Origin: a virus
Reading direction: 5' to 3' (one strand)
DNA: 64,000 nt
Virus record (IMG/VR): IMGVR_UViG_3300020430_000009
Shown: positions 9,832 through 20,370 of the stretch, one piece after another
Layout of the letters: every line of letters starts with the position of its first letter
Position numbering within the stretch: position 1 is the first letter of the stretch
The notes under the pieces: model-generated
The model's input: only the letters and a program-made list of their open reading frames with translations
Databases searched by the model: none
What the model was told of the DNA's origin: nothing
Program-made: the position numbers and the translations under genes

Positions 9832-11285
9832 ATCACGCAACTTTATTTTTAGAATGCGACCGAAGTATAAGCGCAGAACTAAGAGAGTTCTTTTCTTTCT
9901 ACGTCCCTGGCTACAGGTTTATGCCGGCGTATAAGAATAGAATGTGGGATGGAAAGATTAGACTATACAATCAAATAACTGGAGAACTTCCAGCTGGTCT
10001 GTGGCCACAAGTTCTATCTTTTGCTGAAAGCAGAGAATACGAGATAGATATTGAAGAGACCGAATATGGAAGTCCAAACGAAGGTAATCCAGTAAATGCT
10101 GATTTTATGATGAAATTTATAGAAGCTTTGAAGTTACCTTTTGAAATAAGAGACTATCAGTTTGATGCCGTGTGTACTGGCATACAAAGAAAAAATTCAA
10201 TATTGTTATCACCAACTGGTTCAGGTAAGTCTCTTATAATTTATGTTCTTGCGAGATGGTTACTATGTTCTCTTGAAGAAAAAAAGCAAGATATACTGAT
10301 CATAGTACCAACTACTTCTTTAGTTGAACAAATGTACAATGACTTTAAAACTTATGGTTATGACGTTGAAAGACACTGTCATAGAATATATTCCGGAAAA
10401 GACAAGAATACTTACAAAAGAATAGTTATTAGTACTTGGCAGTCAATATACAAATTTCAAAGAGATTGGTTTGCAAGATTTGGAGCAGTGTTTGGTGACG
10501 AGTGCCATGGCTTTAAGTCTAAGTCATTAACAACTATTATGAATAAGTGTACCGAGGCTGGATATAGATTTGGAACCACCGGTACTTTAGATGGAGCACT
10601 AACACATGAACTCGTATTACAAGGATTATTCGGTAAAGTATACCGCGTTACCAGCACAAGAGCCTTACAAGATAACGATACGCTCGCTAAGTTACACATT
10701 AGAAGAATCGTACTCGAGTACGAAGACAAAACGAGAAAAGAATTTGGAAAGAAAACTTATCAAGAAGAAATAGAACACATAGTGACATATGAGAAAAGAA
10801 ATAAGTTCATAAGAAATCTAACTCTAGACCTTAAAGGAAATACGTTAGTCTTATATAATTACGTAGAAAAACATGGAAAGCCATTACATAAACTTATAAC
10901 GGAGAAAGCACATGAAACTCGCAAGGTTTTTTTCGTGTCTGGACAGACTGAAACTTCTGACAGAGAAGCAATTAGAGGTATTGTGGAAAAGCAGAGGAAT
11001 GCTATTATAGTAGCCTCACTCGGTACGTTTAGTACAGGTATAAATATAAGGAACCTACATAATATCGTATTCGCTTCTCCATCAAAGTCACAGATACGAG
11101 TACTACAAAGTATTGGAAGAGGATTAAGGAAAACAGACGATGGTAAAGAAACAACTCTTTACGACATTGTTGACGACATATCTTGGAAGTCTCGCAAGAA
11201 CTTTGGTATCTTGCATGCAGATGAAAGACTTAGAATATATGGCCGAGAAAAATTTAACCATAAAACTTATAAAGTACAATTATGA
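9804..11285 (+). CDS. uvsW: SF2 DNA helicase UvsW
   Basis: SPTGSGKS, GDECHGF, GTTGTL, STGINIRNLHNIVFASPSKSQIRVLQSIGRGLR. Confidence 0.97.
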   Translation: METIRIRKLNHATLFLECDRSISAELREFFSFYVPGYRFMPAYKNRMWDGKIRLYNQITGELPAGLWPQVLSFAESREYEIDIEETEYGSPNEGNPVNADFMMKFIEALKLPFEIRDYQFDAVCTGIQRKNSILLSPTGSGKSLIIYVLARWLLCSLEEKKQDILIIVPTTSLVEQMYNDFKTYGYDVERHCHRIYSGKDKNTYKRIVISTWQSIYKFQRDWFARFGAVFGDECHGFKSKSLTTIMNKCTEAGYRFGTTGTLDGALTHELVLQGLFGKVYRVTSTRALQDNDTLAKLHIRRIVLEYEDKTRKEFGKKTYQEEIEHIVTYEKRNKFIRNLTLDLKGNTLVLYNYVEKHGKPLHKLITEKAHETRKVFFVSGQTETSDREAIRGIVEKQRNAIIVASLGTFSTGINIRNLHNIVFASPSKSQIRVLQSIGRGLRKTDDGKETTLYDIVDDISWKSRKNFGILHADERLRIYGREKFNHKTYKVQL

Positions 11286-11779
11286 AAAATATAAAGCAAT
11301 TTAAACTTACTAATAACGAAGAAATAGTCTGCGAAGTCTTAGAGTGGGATACTCAAGACGAAATCGCCGATATTCTTATAAGCAAAACTCTTAGAATAGT
11401 AACCGTAGAGGACTATGCAAGAGGATATAAGTTTTTTGCCTTTAGACCCTGGCTGTCTTTTACTGAAGATCCAGAGTCTTTACAAACTCTTAATTCATCT
11501 CATGTTGTTGTTGCCTCCAATCCTTCGCCCGATCTTTTAAAGCACTACAAAGCTTGTATATACTCGATAAGGGCAGATTTAAAAAATAGCAATAAGAAGA
11601 GAAAAGCTTATATCAATACGGATGAAATAGCACACGCAGTCGAAGAACTGACAGAAGAAGAGATGGACCAATTTTTAGCTGAAAAGTACGGCCACATGGT
11701 ACGTGAGGACGACATTGATCCAGATTCTGATTTAGGCACTAATATTATTCCGTTTAAGCCAAAGGGTACGTTGCATTAA
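11282..11779 (+). CDS. Conserved T4-like hypothetical protein
   Basis: KLTNNEEIVCEV start (Sm-like N-terminus) between uvsW and gp55; ATG overlaps upstream stop. Confidence 0.6.
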   Translation: MKNIKQFKLTNNEEIVCEVLEWDTQDEIADILISKTLRIVTVEDYARGYKFFAFRPWLSFTEDPESLQTLNSSHVVVASNPSPDLLKHYKACIYSIRADLKNSNKKRKAYINTDEIAHAVEELTEEEMDQFLAEKYGHMVREDDIDPDSDLGTNIIPFKPKGTLH

Positions 11780-11878
11780 AAAGGTATATTCCTCCCTCCC
11801 CATACTACTCTTATATTCTATCATAAAAATGGGCGTTTGTAAACAAGTATTTTCACGTTTGAAAGAAAAAAATAATCA

Positions 11879-11907
11879 TTTACATTTACACTTTTTTAGT
11901 GTATAAT
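11879..11907 (+). promoter_or_regulatory. Sigma70-like early/middle promoter
   Basis: TTTACA-N17-TATAAT before gp55. Confidence 0.75.
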
Positions 11908-11928
11908 ATATTATGAAAGGTGGTAAAA

Positions 11929-12519
11929 ATGGCACGTAAAAAAAGCATTCATTACGTCAATAATGCTCAGTTTTCGTCGGCTGTTGTCGATTATGTTACT
12001 ATCGTAGAACAATCCCGTAACGATGGAACCGAAATTCCAAAAGTACCAGACTATATAGCGCAATGTTTCTTAAGAATTGCGGAAGGTTTATCTCATAAAT
12101 CTAATTTTATTCGTTATACTTATCGCGAAGAAATGGTAATGGATGCGGTAGAAAATTGTTTAAAGGCTATTGGTAACTATAACCTAGAGGCAGCAACAAG
12201 AACTGGAAAGCCAAATGCATTTGCATATTTTACGCAGATAACTTGGTACGCGTTTTTAAGACGTATTACAAAAGAAAAGAAACAACAAGAAATCAAACTT
12301 AAATATCTTACAAAATCTGGAGTTGAAAACTTTATCGACGTCGATATGTCTCAAGGCGATGTTGGTCAACAAGTAGCAACACACTTTGTTGATACATTAA
12401 GAGACAGAATTGAAAGAGTTAGAACTACTGACAGTGAGATTAAAGAACTCGTAAAAGAAGAAAAGAAAAGAAAAAGGACTAAAGTAGCTGATTCAGACTT
12501 AAGTGAATTCATGGCATGA
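11929..12519 (+). CDS. gp55: Late transcription sigma factor
   Basis: HYVNNAQF, YIAQCFLRIAEGLSHKSNFIRYTYREEMVMDAVENC, NAFAYFTQITWYAFLRRI. Confidence 0.97.
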   Translation: MARKKSIHYVNNAQFSSAVVDYVTIVEQSRNDGTEIPKVPDYIAQCFLRIAEGLSHKSNFIRYTYREEMVMDAVENCLKAIGNYNLEAATRTGKPNAFAYFTQITWYAFLRRITKEKKQQEIKLKYLTKSGVENFIDVDMSQGDVGQQVATHFVDTLRDRIERVRTTDSEIKELVKEEKKRKRTKVADSDLSEFMA

Positions 12520-13577
12520 AGATAGCAATACTAAATGATACCCATTGTGGTATACGTAACTCATCAGAAATATTCTTAGCAAATGCAGAAGATTTCTACT
12601 CAAATATATTTTTTCCGGAATGCGATAAAAGAGATATAAAACAAATATTGCATTTAGGAGATTATTATGATCACAGAAAGTTTATAAACTTTAAAGCACT
12701 TAATCATAATAGAAGAGTGTTCTTAGATCAAGTCAGAAAACGTGGTATGTCTATGGATATTATTCCTGGGAATCACGATACTTATTTTAAGAATACTAAT
12801 GAGCTTAACTCTTTAAAAGAGTGTTTAGGCCATTACATGAACGAAGTCCATATTATTATGGAACCTACTGTCATGAAATATGATTCTTTAAAAATAGGAT
12901 TGGTACCGTGGATATGTAACGATAACTACGATCAATGCATGACTTTTATTAAAGAATGTCAAGCTGATTGGATTGGCGCTCATCTAGAACTTACAGGATT
13001 CGAGATGATGAGAGGTATTACTAACGTTCATGGTATGAATCCAAAGATCTTTAAAAGATTTGAAATGGTTTTATCAGGTCATTTTCATACGTCATCTAGA
13101 AAAGATAATATATGGTACTTAGGTAATCCTATGGAATTCTTTTGGAACGACGCACATGATCCAAAGTACTTTCATATTTTAGATACTGAAACTCGTGAGA
13201 TAGAAAGAATTAGAAATCCTTATACTATCTTTGAAAAAGTATTATATGACGATGAAAAAAATGATTACAGTAATTTTGACGTGACTAAGTTTAATAAAAA
13301 GTTTGTAAAAGTTATTGTGATAAATAAGACTGATCCTTTTACTTTCGATAGATTTATCGATAATATTCAAAATCAAGAGATATATGAACTAAAGATTGCT
13401 GAAAACTTTAATGAGTTTATGGGAACTAATGTTGAAGAAGAAAACATGAGTTTTGAAGATACAGCAGAAATAGTTGACTCTTACATTGAAGCAGTCGATA
13501 CAGATCTAGATAAGAATAAAATTAAAGTTCAAATGCGAGAACTTATGACTGAAGCACAGGCAACTGAAATAGCATGA
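12516..13577 (+). CDS. gp47: Recombination endonuclease subunit (Mre11/SbcD-like)
   Basis: DTHCG, LGDYYD, GNHD, SGHFH metallophosphoesterase motifs. Confidence 0.96.
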   Translation: MKIAILNDTHCGIRNSSEIFLANAEDFYSNIFFPECDKRDIKQILHLGDYYDHRKFINFKALNHNRRVFLDQVRKRGMSMDIIPGNHDTYFKNTNELNSLKECLGHYMNEVHIIMEPTVMKYDSLKIGLVPWICNDNYDQCMTFIKECQADWIGAHLELTGFEMMRGITNVHGMNPKIFKRFEMVLSGHFHTSSRKDNIWYLGNPMEFFWNDAHDPKYFHILDTETREIERIRNPYTIFEKVLYDDEKNDYSNFDVTKFNKKFVKVIVINKTDPFTFDRFIDNIQNQEIYELKIAENFNEFMGTNVEEENMSFEDTAEIVDSYIEAVDTDLDKNKIKVQMRELMTEAQATEIA

Positions 13578-15286
13578 TTATATTTAAAACTATTCGTTAT
13601 AAAAACTTTTTGTCCTCGGGTAATAGCTTTACAGAAATAGAACTTAACAGAAATAAGTCTACACTTGTTGTGGGTCAAAATGGAGCTGGCAAGTCGACTA
13701 TGTTAGACGCTTTGTCATTCGCTTTATTTGGTAGGCCTCATAGAAATATCAACAAAAGTAAACTCGTAAATTCTATCAATCAAAAGCAGTGCGTAGTAGA
13801 AGTTAAATTTACTATTGGACAATCCAATTTTCATATCATCAGAGGTATAAAACCAACAATCTTTGAGATATGGAAAGACGGCATGATGATTAACCAATCT
13901 TCTCATGCCAATGAATATCAAAAGATCCTCGAGTCTAACATCTTGAAACTCAATCATAAGAGTTTCCATCAGGTCGTTGTTCTAGGTTCTTCCTCCTTCA
14001 TTCCTTTTATGCAACTTAATGCTGGAAATCGTAGGGATGTTATCGAGGATCTTTTAGATATTAACATTTTTTCAAAGATGAATGTTATCTTACGAGAAAA
14101 GAATGGCATCTTAAAAGAAAAGATGAAAAAGATCGGTCACGACATAGAGTTAATAAAATCTAAAGTTGATCAACAAACAAAATATATTAGAGACATTACA
14201 GCATTAACGGAAGAGAATCGAAAAGAATATGAACATCGGATATCTGGAGCGCAGAATAGCATCGATGAATTACAGGCTAAGAATAGTGAGCTTAGCTTGG
14301 GTCTCGACGACGCTATTAAAGAAACCGAAAAAAGGATGGACACTTTACAGGATAGGAGGCAGGGACTATTACTCAGAAGTCAGGATGCACAGACGAGGAT
14401 TTCCGACGTCGATACCCGCATCTCTTTTTTCGAAGAGAATGAGACGTGTCCCGTATGCGACCAAGCCTTGGCAGACGGGCATAAACATTCTATACTCAGC
14501 CAGTGCCAAGAAGAGAAAGATAGGAATAAAGCAACGCTTAAGTCTATTGGAAAAGAAGGAACGGGCGTGGAAGAGGAGATTACAGAGACCAGCGGCATAT
14601 TACTATCGCTTCGAGATAAAGTATCTAAACTCTCTGAAAACAACAGGGAGATCTCATCATTACAGCGTAACATAGCTGACTATAGAAAATATTTAGATAA
14701 AGATGTTTCTGCTGATTTAAACACAGCAAAGAAAGAACTAACTGATTTAAATCAAAACAAAGAAAATATGTTTGAAGAAAAGCTCATGGTCTCCGAGCAG
14801 TTTAACTACAATGGTGTCATAGCGGAAATGTTGAAAGATACCGGAATTAAAACTAAGATTATTAAACAGTATCTACCAGCTATCAACAAGTTAGTCAATC
14901 AATATCTACAAGTACTTGACTTTTATGTTCAGTTTGATTTAGATGAAAACTTTCAAGAAACTATTAGATCAAGACACAGAGATGATTTTATATACGAGTC
15001 ATTTAGTGAAGGTGAAAAGCAAAGGATAGATCTATCGTTATTGTTTACTTGGAGACAGATAGCCAAGATGAAAAACTCAGTGGCTACAAACTTATTAATG
15101 CTAGATGAAACGTTTGATTCATCATTAGATCATGATGGTATTGAAAACTTATTGAAGATACTTAATATGCTTGACGATGATACAAACACTTTCATCATAT
15201 CGCATAAAGGAGACATCTTAGATGGAAAATTCGAGTCGAAAATAGAATTTGTAAAAGATCGTAATTTCTCTAAGATGAAAAATTAA
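13574..15286 (+). CDS. gp46: Recombination ATPase subunit (Rad50/SbcC-like)
   Basis: GQNGAGKST, CPVC zinc hook, FSEGEKQR signature, LDETFDSSLD. Confidence 0.97.
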   Translation: MIIFKTIRYKNFLSSGNSFTEIELNRNKSTLVVGQNGAGKSTMLDALSFALFGRPHRNINKSKLVNSINQKQCVVEVKFTIGQSNFHIIRGIKPTIFEIWKDGMMINQSSHANEYQKILESNILKLNHKSFHQVVVLGSSSFIPFMQLNAGNRRDVIEDLLDINIFSKMNVILREKNGILKEKMKKIGHDIELIKSKVDQQTKYIRDITALTEENRKEYEHRISGAQNSIDELQAKNSELSLGLDDAIKETEKRMDTLQDRRQGLLLRSQDAQTRISDVDTRISFFEENETCPVCDQALADGHKHSILSQCQEEKDRNKATLKSIGKEGTGVEEEITETSGILLSLRDKVSKLSENNREISSLQRNIADYRKYLDKDVSADLNTAKKELTDLNQNKENMFEEKLMVSEQFNYNGVIAEMLKDTGIKTKIIKQYLPAINKLVNQYLQVLDFYVQFDLDENFQETIRSRHRDDFIYESFSEGEKQRIDLSLLFTWRQIAKMKNSVATNLLMLDETFDSSLDHDGIENLLKILNMLDDDTNTFIISHKGDILDGKFESKIEFVKDRNFSKMKN

Positions 15287-15289
15287 ATG

Positions 15290-15318
15290 TTTACAAACAC
15301 TAAAAAATATTATATAAT
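15290..15318 (+). promoter_or_regulatory. Sigma70-like early/middle promoter
   Basis: TTTACA-N17-TATAAT before gp45. Confidence 0.75.
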
Positions 15319-15350
15319 ATACTATCAAAATGAAACAGGAAAGGTTTGTT

Positions 15351-16028
15351 ATGGAACTAAGTGAAAATACCCTACAAGTTCTTAGGAACTTCTCTGGCAT
15401 TAATCAAAACATGATGATTAGGTCAGGGACTACTATTAAGACTATTAGCGAAGCTCGAAACGTAGTAGCTCGAGCTGACGTTACAGAAGAATTCGCCAAA
15501 GATTTTGGAATCTATGATTTAAATGAATTTATTGGCGTTATTGGACTAGTGAATCAACCTAGTCTAACTTTTGAAGATGAATATGTTGTCGTTGCTGACG
15601 CAAGCGGAAGATCTAAAGTAAAGTACTTCTATGCTGCCGAAGAAACTTTAACATCTCCTTCAAAAGATGTTACTATGCCAGAGCCAGATGTCAAGTTTAC
15701 TTTGGACAACGATACTCTAAATCGTCTAAAGAAAGCCGCTTCTACTCTTGGTCATAATGAAGTATCAATTCAAGCAAAAGATGGTGTACTAAGTTTGTCA
15801 GTTGTTGAGAACCAAAACGCTACGTCTAATGCTTATTCAATTGATATTGACGGCGAGTTTAAACAGGACGCTGTTTTTAACTTTATATTGAGCATTTCTA
15901 ATCTTAAGATTCTCCCTGGTGATTATGATGTAGAGATCTCTTCTAAACTAATTACGCAATTCAAGCATAAAGAAATGCCATTGACATATTGGATTGCGCT
16001 TGAAAAATCTTCAACTTACGGAGCATAA
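15351..16028 (+). CDS. gp45: Sliding clamp
   Basis: LSENTLQVLRNFSGINQ, FGIYDLNEF, YWIALE. Confidence 0.96.
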   Translation: MELSENTLQVLRNFSGINQNMMIRSGTTIKTISEARNVVARADVTEEFAKDFGIYDLNEFIGVIGLVNQPSLTFEDEYVVVADASGRSKVKYFYAAEETLTSPSKDVTMPEPDVKFTLDNDTLNRLKKAASTLGHNEVSIQAKDGVLSLSVVENQNATSNAYSIDIDGEFKQDAVFNFILSISNLKILPGDYDVEISSKLITQFKHKEMPLTYWIALEKSSTYGA

Positions 16029-16032
16029 CGTT

Positions 16033-16278
16033 ATGTCGCAAAATATTGAGCAATTAAAAGACCTTACTAATAAGGCATCTAGAAGTACAGTAGCTGTTAT
16101 TGATGCTGTTACTCAGAGAGGTGGATTTAAAGGTGAAGAACTATCCACCATTGGAGCACTAAGAGACCAGTGCATTCAAATTATCCAGCTGTCTGAACAG
16201 ATTCAGCAGGAAGAAGCAATGAAAGATTCTAGTGAACAACCCGCACCAGAAGAAAAATCAAAGGCTTCTGAAAAATAG
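16033..16278 (+). CDS. Hypothetical protein
   Basis: Compact ORF between gp45 and gp44 (VIDAVTQRGGFKGEELSTIG). Confidence 0.6.
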   Translation: MSQNIEQLKDLTNKASRSTVAVIDAVTQRGGFKGEELSTIGALRDQCIQIIQLSEQIQQEEAMKDSSEQPAPEEKSKASEK

Positions 16279-16327
16279 TTTACGTAATGTGTGAATTTTA
16301 TTATTATTTGTTATGGAGAATACGTAA

Positions 16328-17266
16328 ATGTCAAAAGACTTTTTATGGGTCGAAAAATATCGGCCAACTAAAATACAAGATTGCATATTAGACGAGTCGC
16401 TTAAGCAAACCTTCCTTAAGATAGTAAAAAGTGGCGAATTGCCTAATATGTTACTCACCGGCTCTGCCGGCCTGGGTAAAACAACAGTGGCTCGAGCTCT
16501 ATGTAATGAGCTCGAGCTAGACTATATCTTGATCAATGGTTCTGAAGAAGGTAACATTGACACCTTAAGAACTAAGATTAAACAATTCGCTTCATCTGTA
16601 TCGCTACAAGGCGGCCTAAAAGTCGTTATTCTCGATGAAGCTGATTATCTAAATCCACAATCTACTCAACCAGCTCTTCGTGCTTTTATTGAAGAGTTTT
16701 CTAATAACTGTAGATTTATTCTTACATGTAATTTTAAGAATCGTATCATCGAGCCATTACATTCTCGATGTGGTGTATATGAATTTAATATTGGTGATAA
16801 GGCTACGTTATGTGGTGAGTTTATGACTCGTTGTCAGCTGATACTTATCGATGAAGGTATCGTGTGTGCTGACAATCAAGTACTCGCTGATATCATTATG
16901 AAACACTTTCCTGATTGGAGGCGTGTTCTTAATGAACTTCAAAGGTTTGGTATTGCCAATGGTTCTATAGATAAAAGTATCTTAGTAAATATTTCTGATA
17001 CCAATTACGATAATCTTTTCACTCATTTGAAAAATAAAGATTTTAAAAAGATGCGTAATTGGGTTGTAAATAATATAGATACAGATGCAAGCGCAATTTT
17101 TAGAGCAATTTATGATAGAATGTCTGACAAGGTATCACCTCAGTCTATTCCTCAACTTGTCTTAATCTTAGCCGATTATCAGTACAAAAATGCGTTTGTT
17201 GCAGATCACGAACTTAATGTAGTAGCTTGTTTAACGGAGGTAATGTCAGATGTACAATTCAGCTAA
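16328..17266 (+). CDS. gp44: Clamp loader ATPase subunit
   Basis: LWVEKYRP, GSAGLGKTT, ILDEADYL, SRC motif. Confidence 0.97.
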   Translation: MSKDFLWVEKYRPTKIQDCILDESLKQTFLKIVKSGELPNMLLTGSAGLGKTTVARALCNELELDYILINGSEEGNIDTLRTKIKQFASSVSLQGGLKVVILDEADYLNPQSTQPALRAFIEEFSNNCRFILTCNFKNRIIEPLHSRCGVYEFNIGDKATLCGEFMTRCQLILIDEGIVCADNQVLADIIMKHFPDWRRVLNELQRFGIANGSIDKSILVNISDTNYDNLFTHLKNKDFKKMRNWVVNNIDTDASAIFRAIYDRMSDKVSPQSIPQLVLILADYQYKNAFVADHELNVVACLTEVMSDVQFS

Positions 17267-17540
17267 TCTTACTTTATACACTCAAAATAACTGTGCCTAT
17301 TGTAATATTATGAAACAAAAACTTCTTGAATGGGGCTTTGAGTATAGAGAAGTTAACTTAAGTTACGACTTAAAAGCTCGAAGTTTTATGAAAGAGATGA
17401 AACTAAGAACGGTTCCACAATTGTTTCGTGATCGCACGCATCTTAATAAAAATGTTGACACAATAGACTTTACAAAAGAACGACTGTTAGAAGAACTAGA
17501 CTTTGATAACTATCAAGGTGGAGTCGAGTCTTGGGCGTAA
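17250..17540 (+). CDS. Glutaredoxin-like protein
   Basis: CAYC active site, RTVPQLF. Confidence 0.85.
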   Translation: MYNSANLTLYTQNNCAYCNIMKQKLLEWGFEYREVNLSYDLKARSFMKEMKLRTVPQLFRDRTHLNKNVDTIDFTKERLLEELDFDNYQGGVESWA

Positions 17541-18685
17541 AGAGCGCTGCAATAGTTGGAGCTGGAGTCGCTGGAATTACAACCGCGTATTTCTTAGCTA
17601 AAGAAGGATACAAGGTCAGAGTTTACGATCCTAATGGTATAGCGTCTCAGTGTAGTTACGCTAATGGTGGTCAACTTTCTGTGTGTAATGCAGAAGTCTG
17701 GAACTCTTATGGTAATATAGTTAAAGGTATAAAATGGTTAAGTCAACCTGATGCTCCTCTTGCTTTTAGACCAGACCATTGGTCATGGCCAAAAATAAAA
17801 TGGATTGCAGGATTTATTGGCGCCACTATTACTAACTCATATAATAAAAATACTAGAAAGACTATTGAATATAGTTTAAGATCTCGTGAGTTGATGGAAG
17901 AACTAGTTAAGGAACTTAATTTAGACTATCATCAAAATGAATGTGGCATATTACACATATATAAAAATGAAAAATCATGGAATAAAGCTAGAAAAACTTT
18001 AGATAAGTTTAAAGATACAGGTTGGGGTAGAGTAAAAGTTGCTACTGAAGATTTGGCTGGAAAGTACAATATATATTCTAAAGACATTGTAGGTGCCACT
18101 TATACTGAAGAAGATTCTGTTGGAGATATTTACACGTTTTGTAATGAATTATCTAAAATGTTAAAAGATAAATATGATTATGCAGTAATTGAACTAGGTG
18201 TAGATAAAAAAGATTTACCTAACTTACAAAAAAGATTTGATGAAGTTATCATATGTGCAGGAGCATACACTTCTAAATTAGTGCCAAGTTTAAATATATA
18301 CCCTATCAAAGGTTATTCTATAACTTACACAGGCAGAGACGCCGAAGACGCGCCATGGACATCGATATTAGATGATGACGCTAAAATAGTAGCATCAACA
18401 TTTAGTAATCTAACTTTTAGAGTAGCAGGAACTGCTGAACTTGCTGGTTGGAATCATAGTATAAGACAAGACAGAATCAAACCTTTAGTTGATTGGGTAC
18501 GTGATAATACATTTGTGGATAGCGAAAATTATAAAAAATGGGCTTGTTTAAGACCTATGACTCCTAATATGTTACCAATAATAACTAAAGTAAAAGACCT
18601 TTGGATTAACAGCGGAGCAGGACATCTAGGGTGGACAATGGGAATGGCTTTAGCCGAACAATTAGTAAATAGGAGAATGGCATGA
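17531..18685 (+). CDS. dadA: D-amino acid dehydrogenase (FAD-dependent)
   Basis: GAGVAG FAD motif, SYANGGQLS, YPIKGYSIT, RVAGTAE, WACLRPMTPNMLP, GAGHLGWT. Confidence 0.88.
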   Translation: MGVKSAAIVGAGVAGITTAYFLAKEGYKVRVYDPNGIASQCSYANGGQLSVCNAEVWNSYGNIVKGIKWLSQPDAPLAFRPDHWSWPKIKWIAGFIGATITNSYNKNTRKTIEYSLRSRELMEELVKELNLDYHQNECGILHIYKNEKSWNKARKTLDKFKDTGWGRVKVATEDLAGKYNIYSKDIVGATYTEEDSVGDIYTFCNELSKMLKDKYDYAVIELGVDKKDLPNLQKRFDEVIICAGAYTSKLVPSLNIYPIKGYSITYTGRDAEDAPWTSILDDDAKIVASTFSNLTFRVAGTAELAGWNHSIRQDRIKPLVDWVRDNTFVDSENYKKWACLRPMTPNMLPIITKVKDLWINSGAGHLGWTMGMALAEQLVNRRMA

Positions 18686-19038
18686 AACTAGATATATATA
18701 ATAGGATAGCTTTGATATTCTTTTCATTATGGATATCGTTTACTGTAACGGCGGCATATGCTGGACAGTGGAATGATAAGCCAGTAATGTGCGAACAAAA
18801 AGAAGAATTTGAAACAGTAATGGTTCAAAGAGGTGAAATACTATTTTCACAAGGAGAAATGCTAGCAACCGTAAGAACTAAAGAAGGGTTGTCAGATATT
18901 CCAGCTATATTACCATTAAGAATCTATATAAATCCACAAAAGAAAACATTTACTGTAGCTGAGTTTCATAGAGACCATAACACAGTTTGTGTGTTGGCTT
19001 TTGGAAATAACTATTCAACACTAGGTGTATCTAGTTAA
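18682..19038 (+). CDS. Hypothetical secreted protein
   Basis: Hydrophobic N-terminus ending AAYA, two Cys. Confidence 0.55.
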   Translation: MKLDIYNRIALIFFSLWISFTVTAAYAGQWNDKPVMCEQKEEFETVMVQRGEILFSQGEMLATVRTKEGLSDIPAILPLRIYINPQKKTFTVAEFHRDHNTVCVLAFGNNYSTLGVSS

Positions 19039-19054
19039 TCAGAAAGACTATATT

Positions 19055-19432
19055 ATGAATCCATTTGAATATGTAAATGCAATAAACTCTACAAAAAAAG
19101 ATATTATGATAGACGACGTGGCTGAAAAAGCATACGCACCTTTCATGATTAATCGATCTTTGTCTTATTTTGCAGACACTGTACTTGCCGCTAACGAGAT
19201 GAATAGATATGCTCACGCTGATAATCGCCTCCAATTCGATTTTCTTATAAATATAGTTAGAAAGCGTAAAAGGTTTTCAAAATGGTTTAAACCTGAAACT
19301 ATCAGTGACGTGGAAACAATAAAAGCTTATTATGGGTATAGCAATGAAAAAGCCCGCCAAGTTTTAAAATTATTCACAGCTGATCAGTTAAATGAATTGA
19401 GAAACAAGGTGGCTAAAGGTGGAAAGCAATAA
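19055..19432 (+). CDS. gp62: Clamp loader small subunit
   Basis: NPFEYVNAIN, YAPFMINRSLS, ANEMN, KRKRFSKW, YYGYSNEKA. Confidence 0.95.
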   Translation: MNPFEYVNAINSTKKDIMIDDVAEKAYAPFMINRSLSYFADTVLAANEMNRYAHADNRLQFDFLINIVRKRKRFSKWFKPETISDVETIKAYYGYSNEKARQVLKLFTADQLNELRNKVAKGGKQ

Positions 19433-19835
19433 CATTATAGAATGGGATTCTAGCAATATGCTAGAAGTAACATTGAACGAGCCAGATGATTTTTTAAAGA
19501 TCAAAGAAACACTTACTCGAATCGGCGTAGCATCACGCAAAGACAACAAACTATATCAGTCCTGTCATATCCTTCATAAACAAGGTAGATATTTCATAGT
19601 ACATTTTAAAGAACTCTTTCTATTAGATGGAAAGAAATCTAATTTGGAAGAAAATGATATAGCACGTAGAAACACAATCGCTACGCTCATGAGTGATTGG
19701 GGTCTACTAACTGTAGATACCAATAAGAAGCTAGAACCTCTAGCTCCACTCAGGCAGATTAAGATAATTTCTTTCAAAGATAAAAACAAATGGCAACTTT
19801 GTCCAAAGTACAATATAGGAAACGGATCAAAGTAA
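19419..19835 (+). CDS. regA: Translational repressor RegA
   Basis: EPDDFLKIKETLTRIG, LYQSCHILHKQGRYFIVHFKELF, KYNIG. Confidence 0.98.
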   Translation: MESNNIIEWDSSNMLEVTLNEPDDFLKIKETLTRIGVASRKDNKLYQSCHILHKQGRYFIVHFKELFLLDGKKSNLEENDIARRNTIATLMSDWGLLTVDTNKKLEPLAPLRQIKIISFKDKNKWQLCPKYNIGNGSK

Positions 19836-19891
19836 AAAAAAATTTAACGTGAACCGTTTAAATTTGGAAAAAAGTAATTATATATATTATA

Positions 19892-19947
19892 GGATGCCGG
19901 ATTGGCCGGGTCCGTTTTTAAACCTTGCTTAACAGGAGGATAATATG
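19892..19947 (+). promoter_or_regulatory. ROSE-like RNA thermometer in hsp20 5' UTR
   Basis: CCUUGCU-uaac-AGGAGG pairs over the SD with a bulged G (ROSE core UYGCU/AGGA), preceded by hairpin GGAUGCCGG...CCGGGUCC. Confidence 0.6.
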
Positions 19948-20355
19948 ACTGGAAACTTTGTATTCCCAAGAAACGCTTTTTTAGGTTTTGATCACATTTT
20001 CGATGCATTGCAGGATATTCATACGCATGCAAACGATGGTTACCCACCACATAACGTTGTAAGAGAAGAAGACAATAAGTACATTATTGAAATGGCTGTT
20101 GCTGGCTTCAAGAAATCTGACATCGAGATTAAGGTGAAGGAACATATCCTAACTATCGAAGGAAATAGAGATAAACGAAGAGAAGCAGATGCTTACGTGC
20201 ATAAAGGAATTAGCGCACGTAAATTTGCCAAGTCATTCAGACTGTCCGAATATACGGAAGTGACTGGTGCAGACATGACGGATGGAATCTTAACTGTCAA
20301 ACTAGAAGTAATTCTACCGGAAGAGAAGCAGCCTCGTACAATTAACATCGACTAA
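19945..20355 (+). CDS. hsp20: Small heat shock protein Hsp20/IbpA family
   Basis: FLGFD, YPPHNV, EMAVAGF, HKGISARKF, GILTV. Confidence 0.95.
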   Translation: MTGNFVFPRNAFLGFDHIFDALQDIHTHANDGYPPHNVVREEDNKYIIEMAVAGFKKSDIEIKVKEHILTIEGNRDKRREADAYVHKGISARKFAKSFRLSEYTEVTGADMTDGILTVKLEVILPEEKQPRTINID

Positions 20356-20370
20356 TTTAACGAGGAACTA

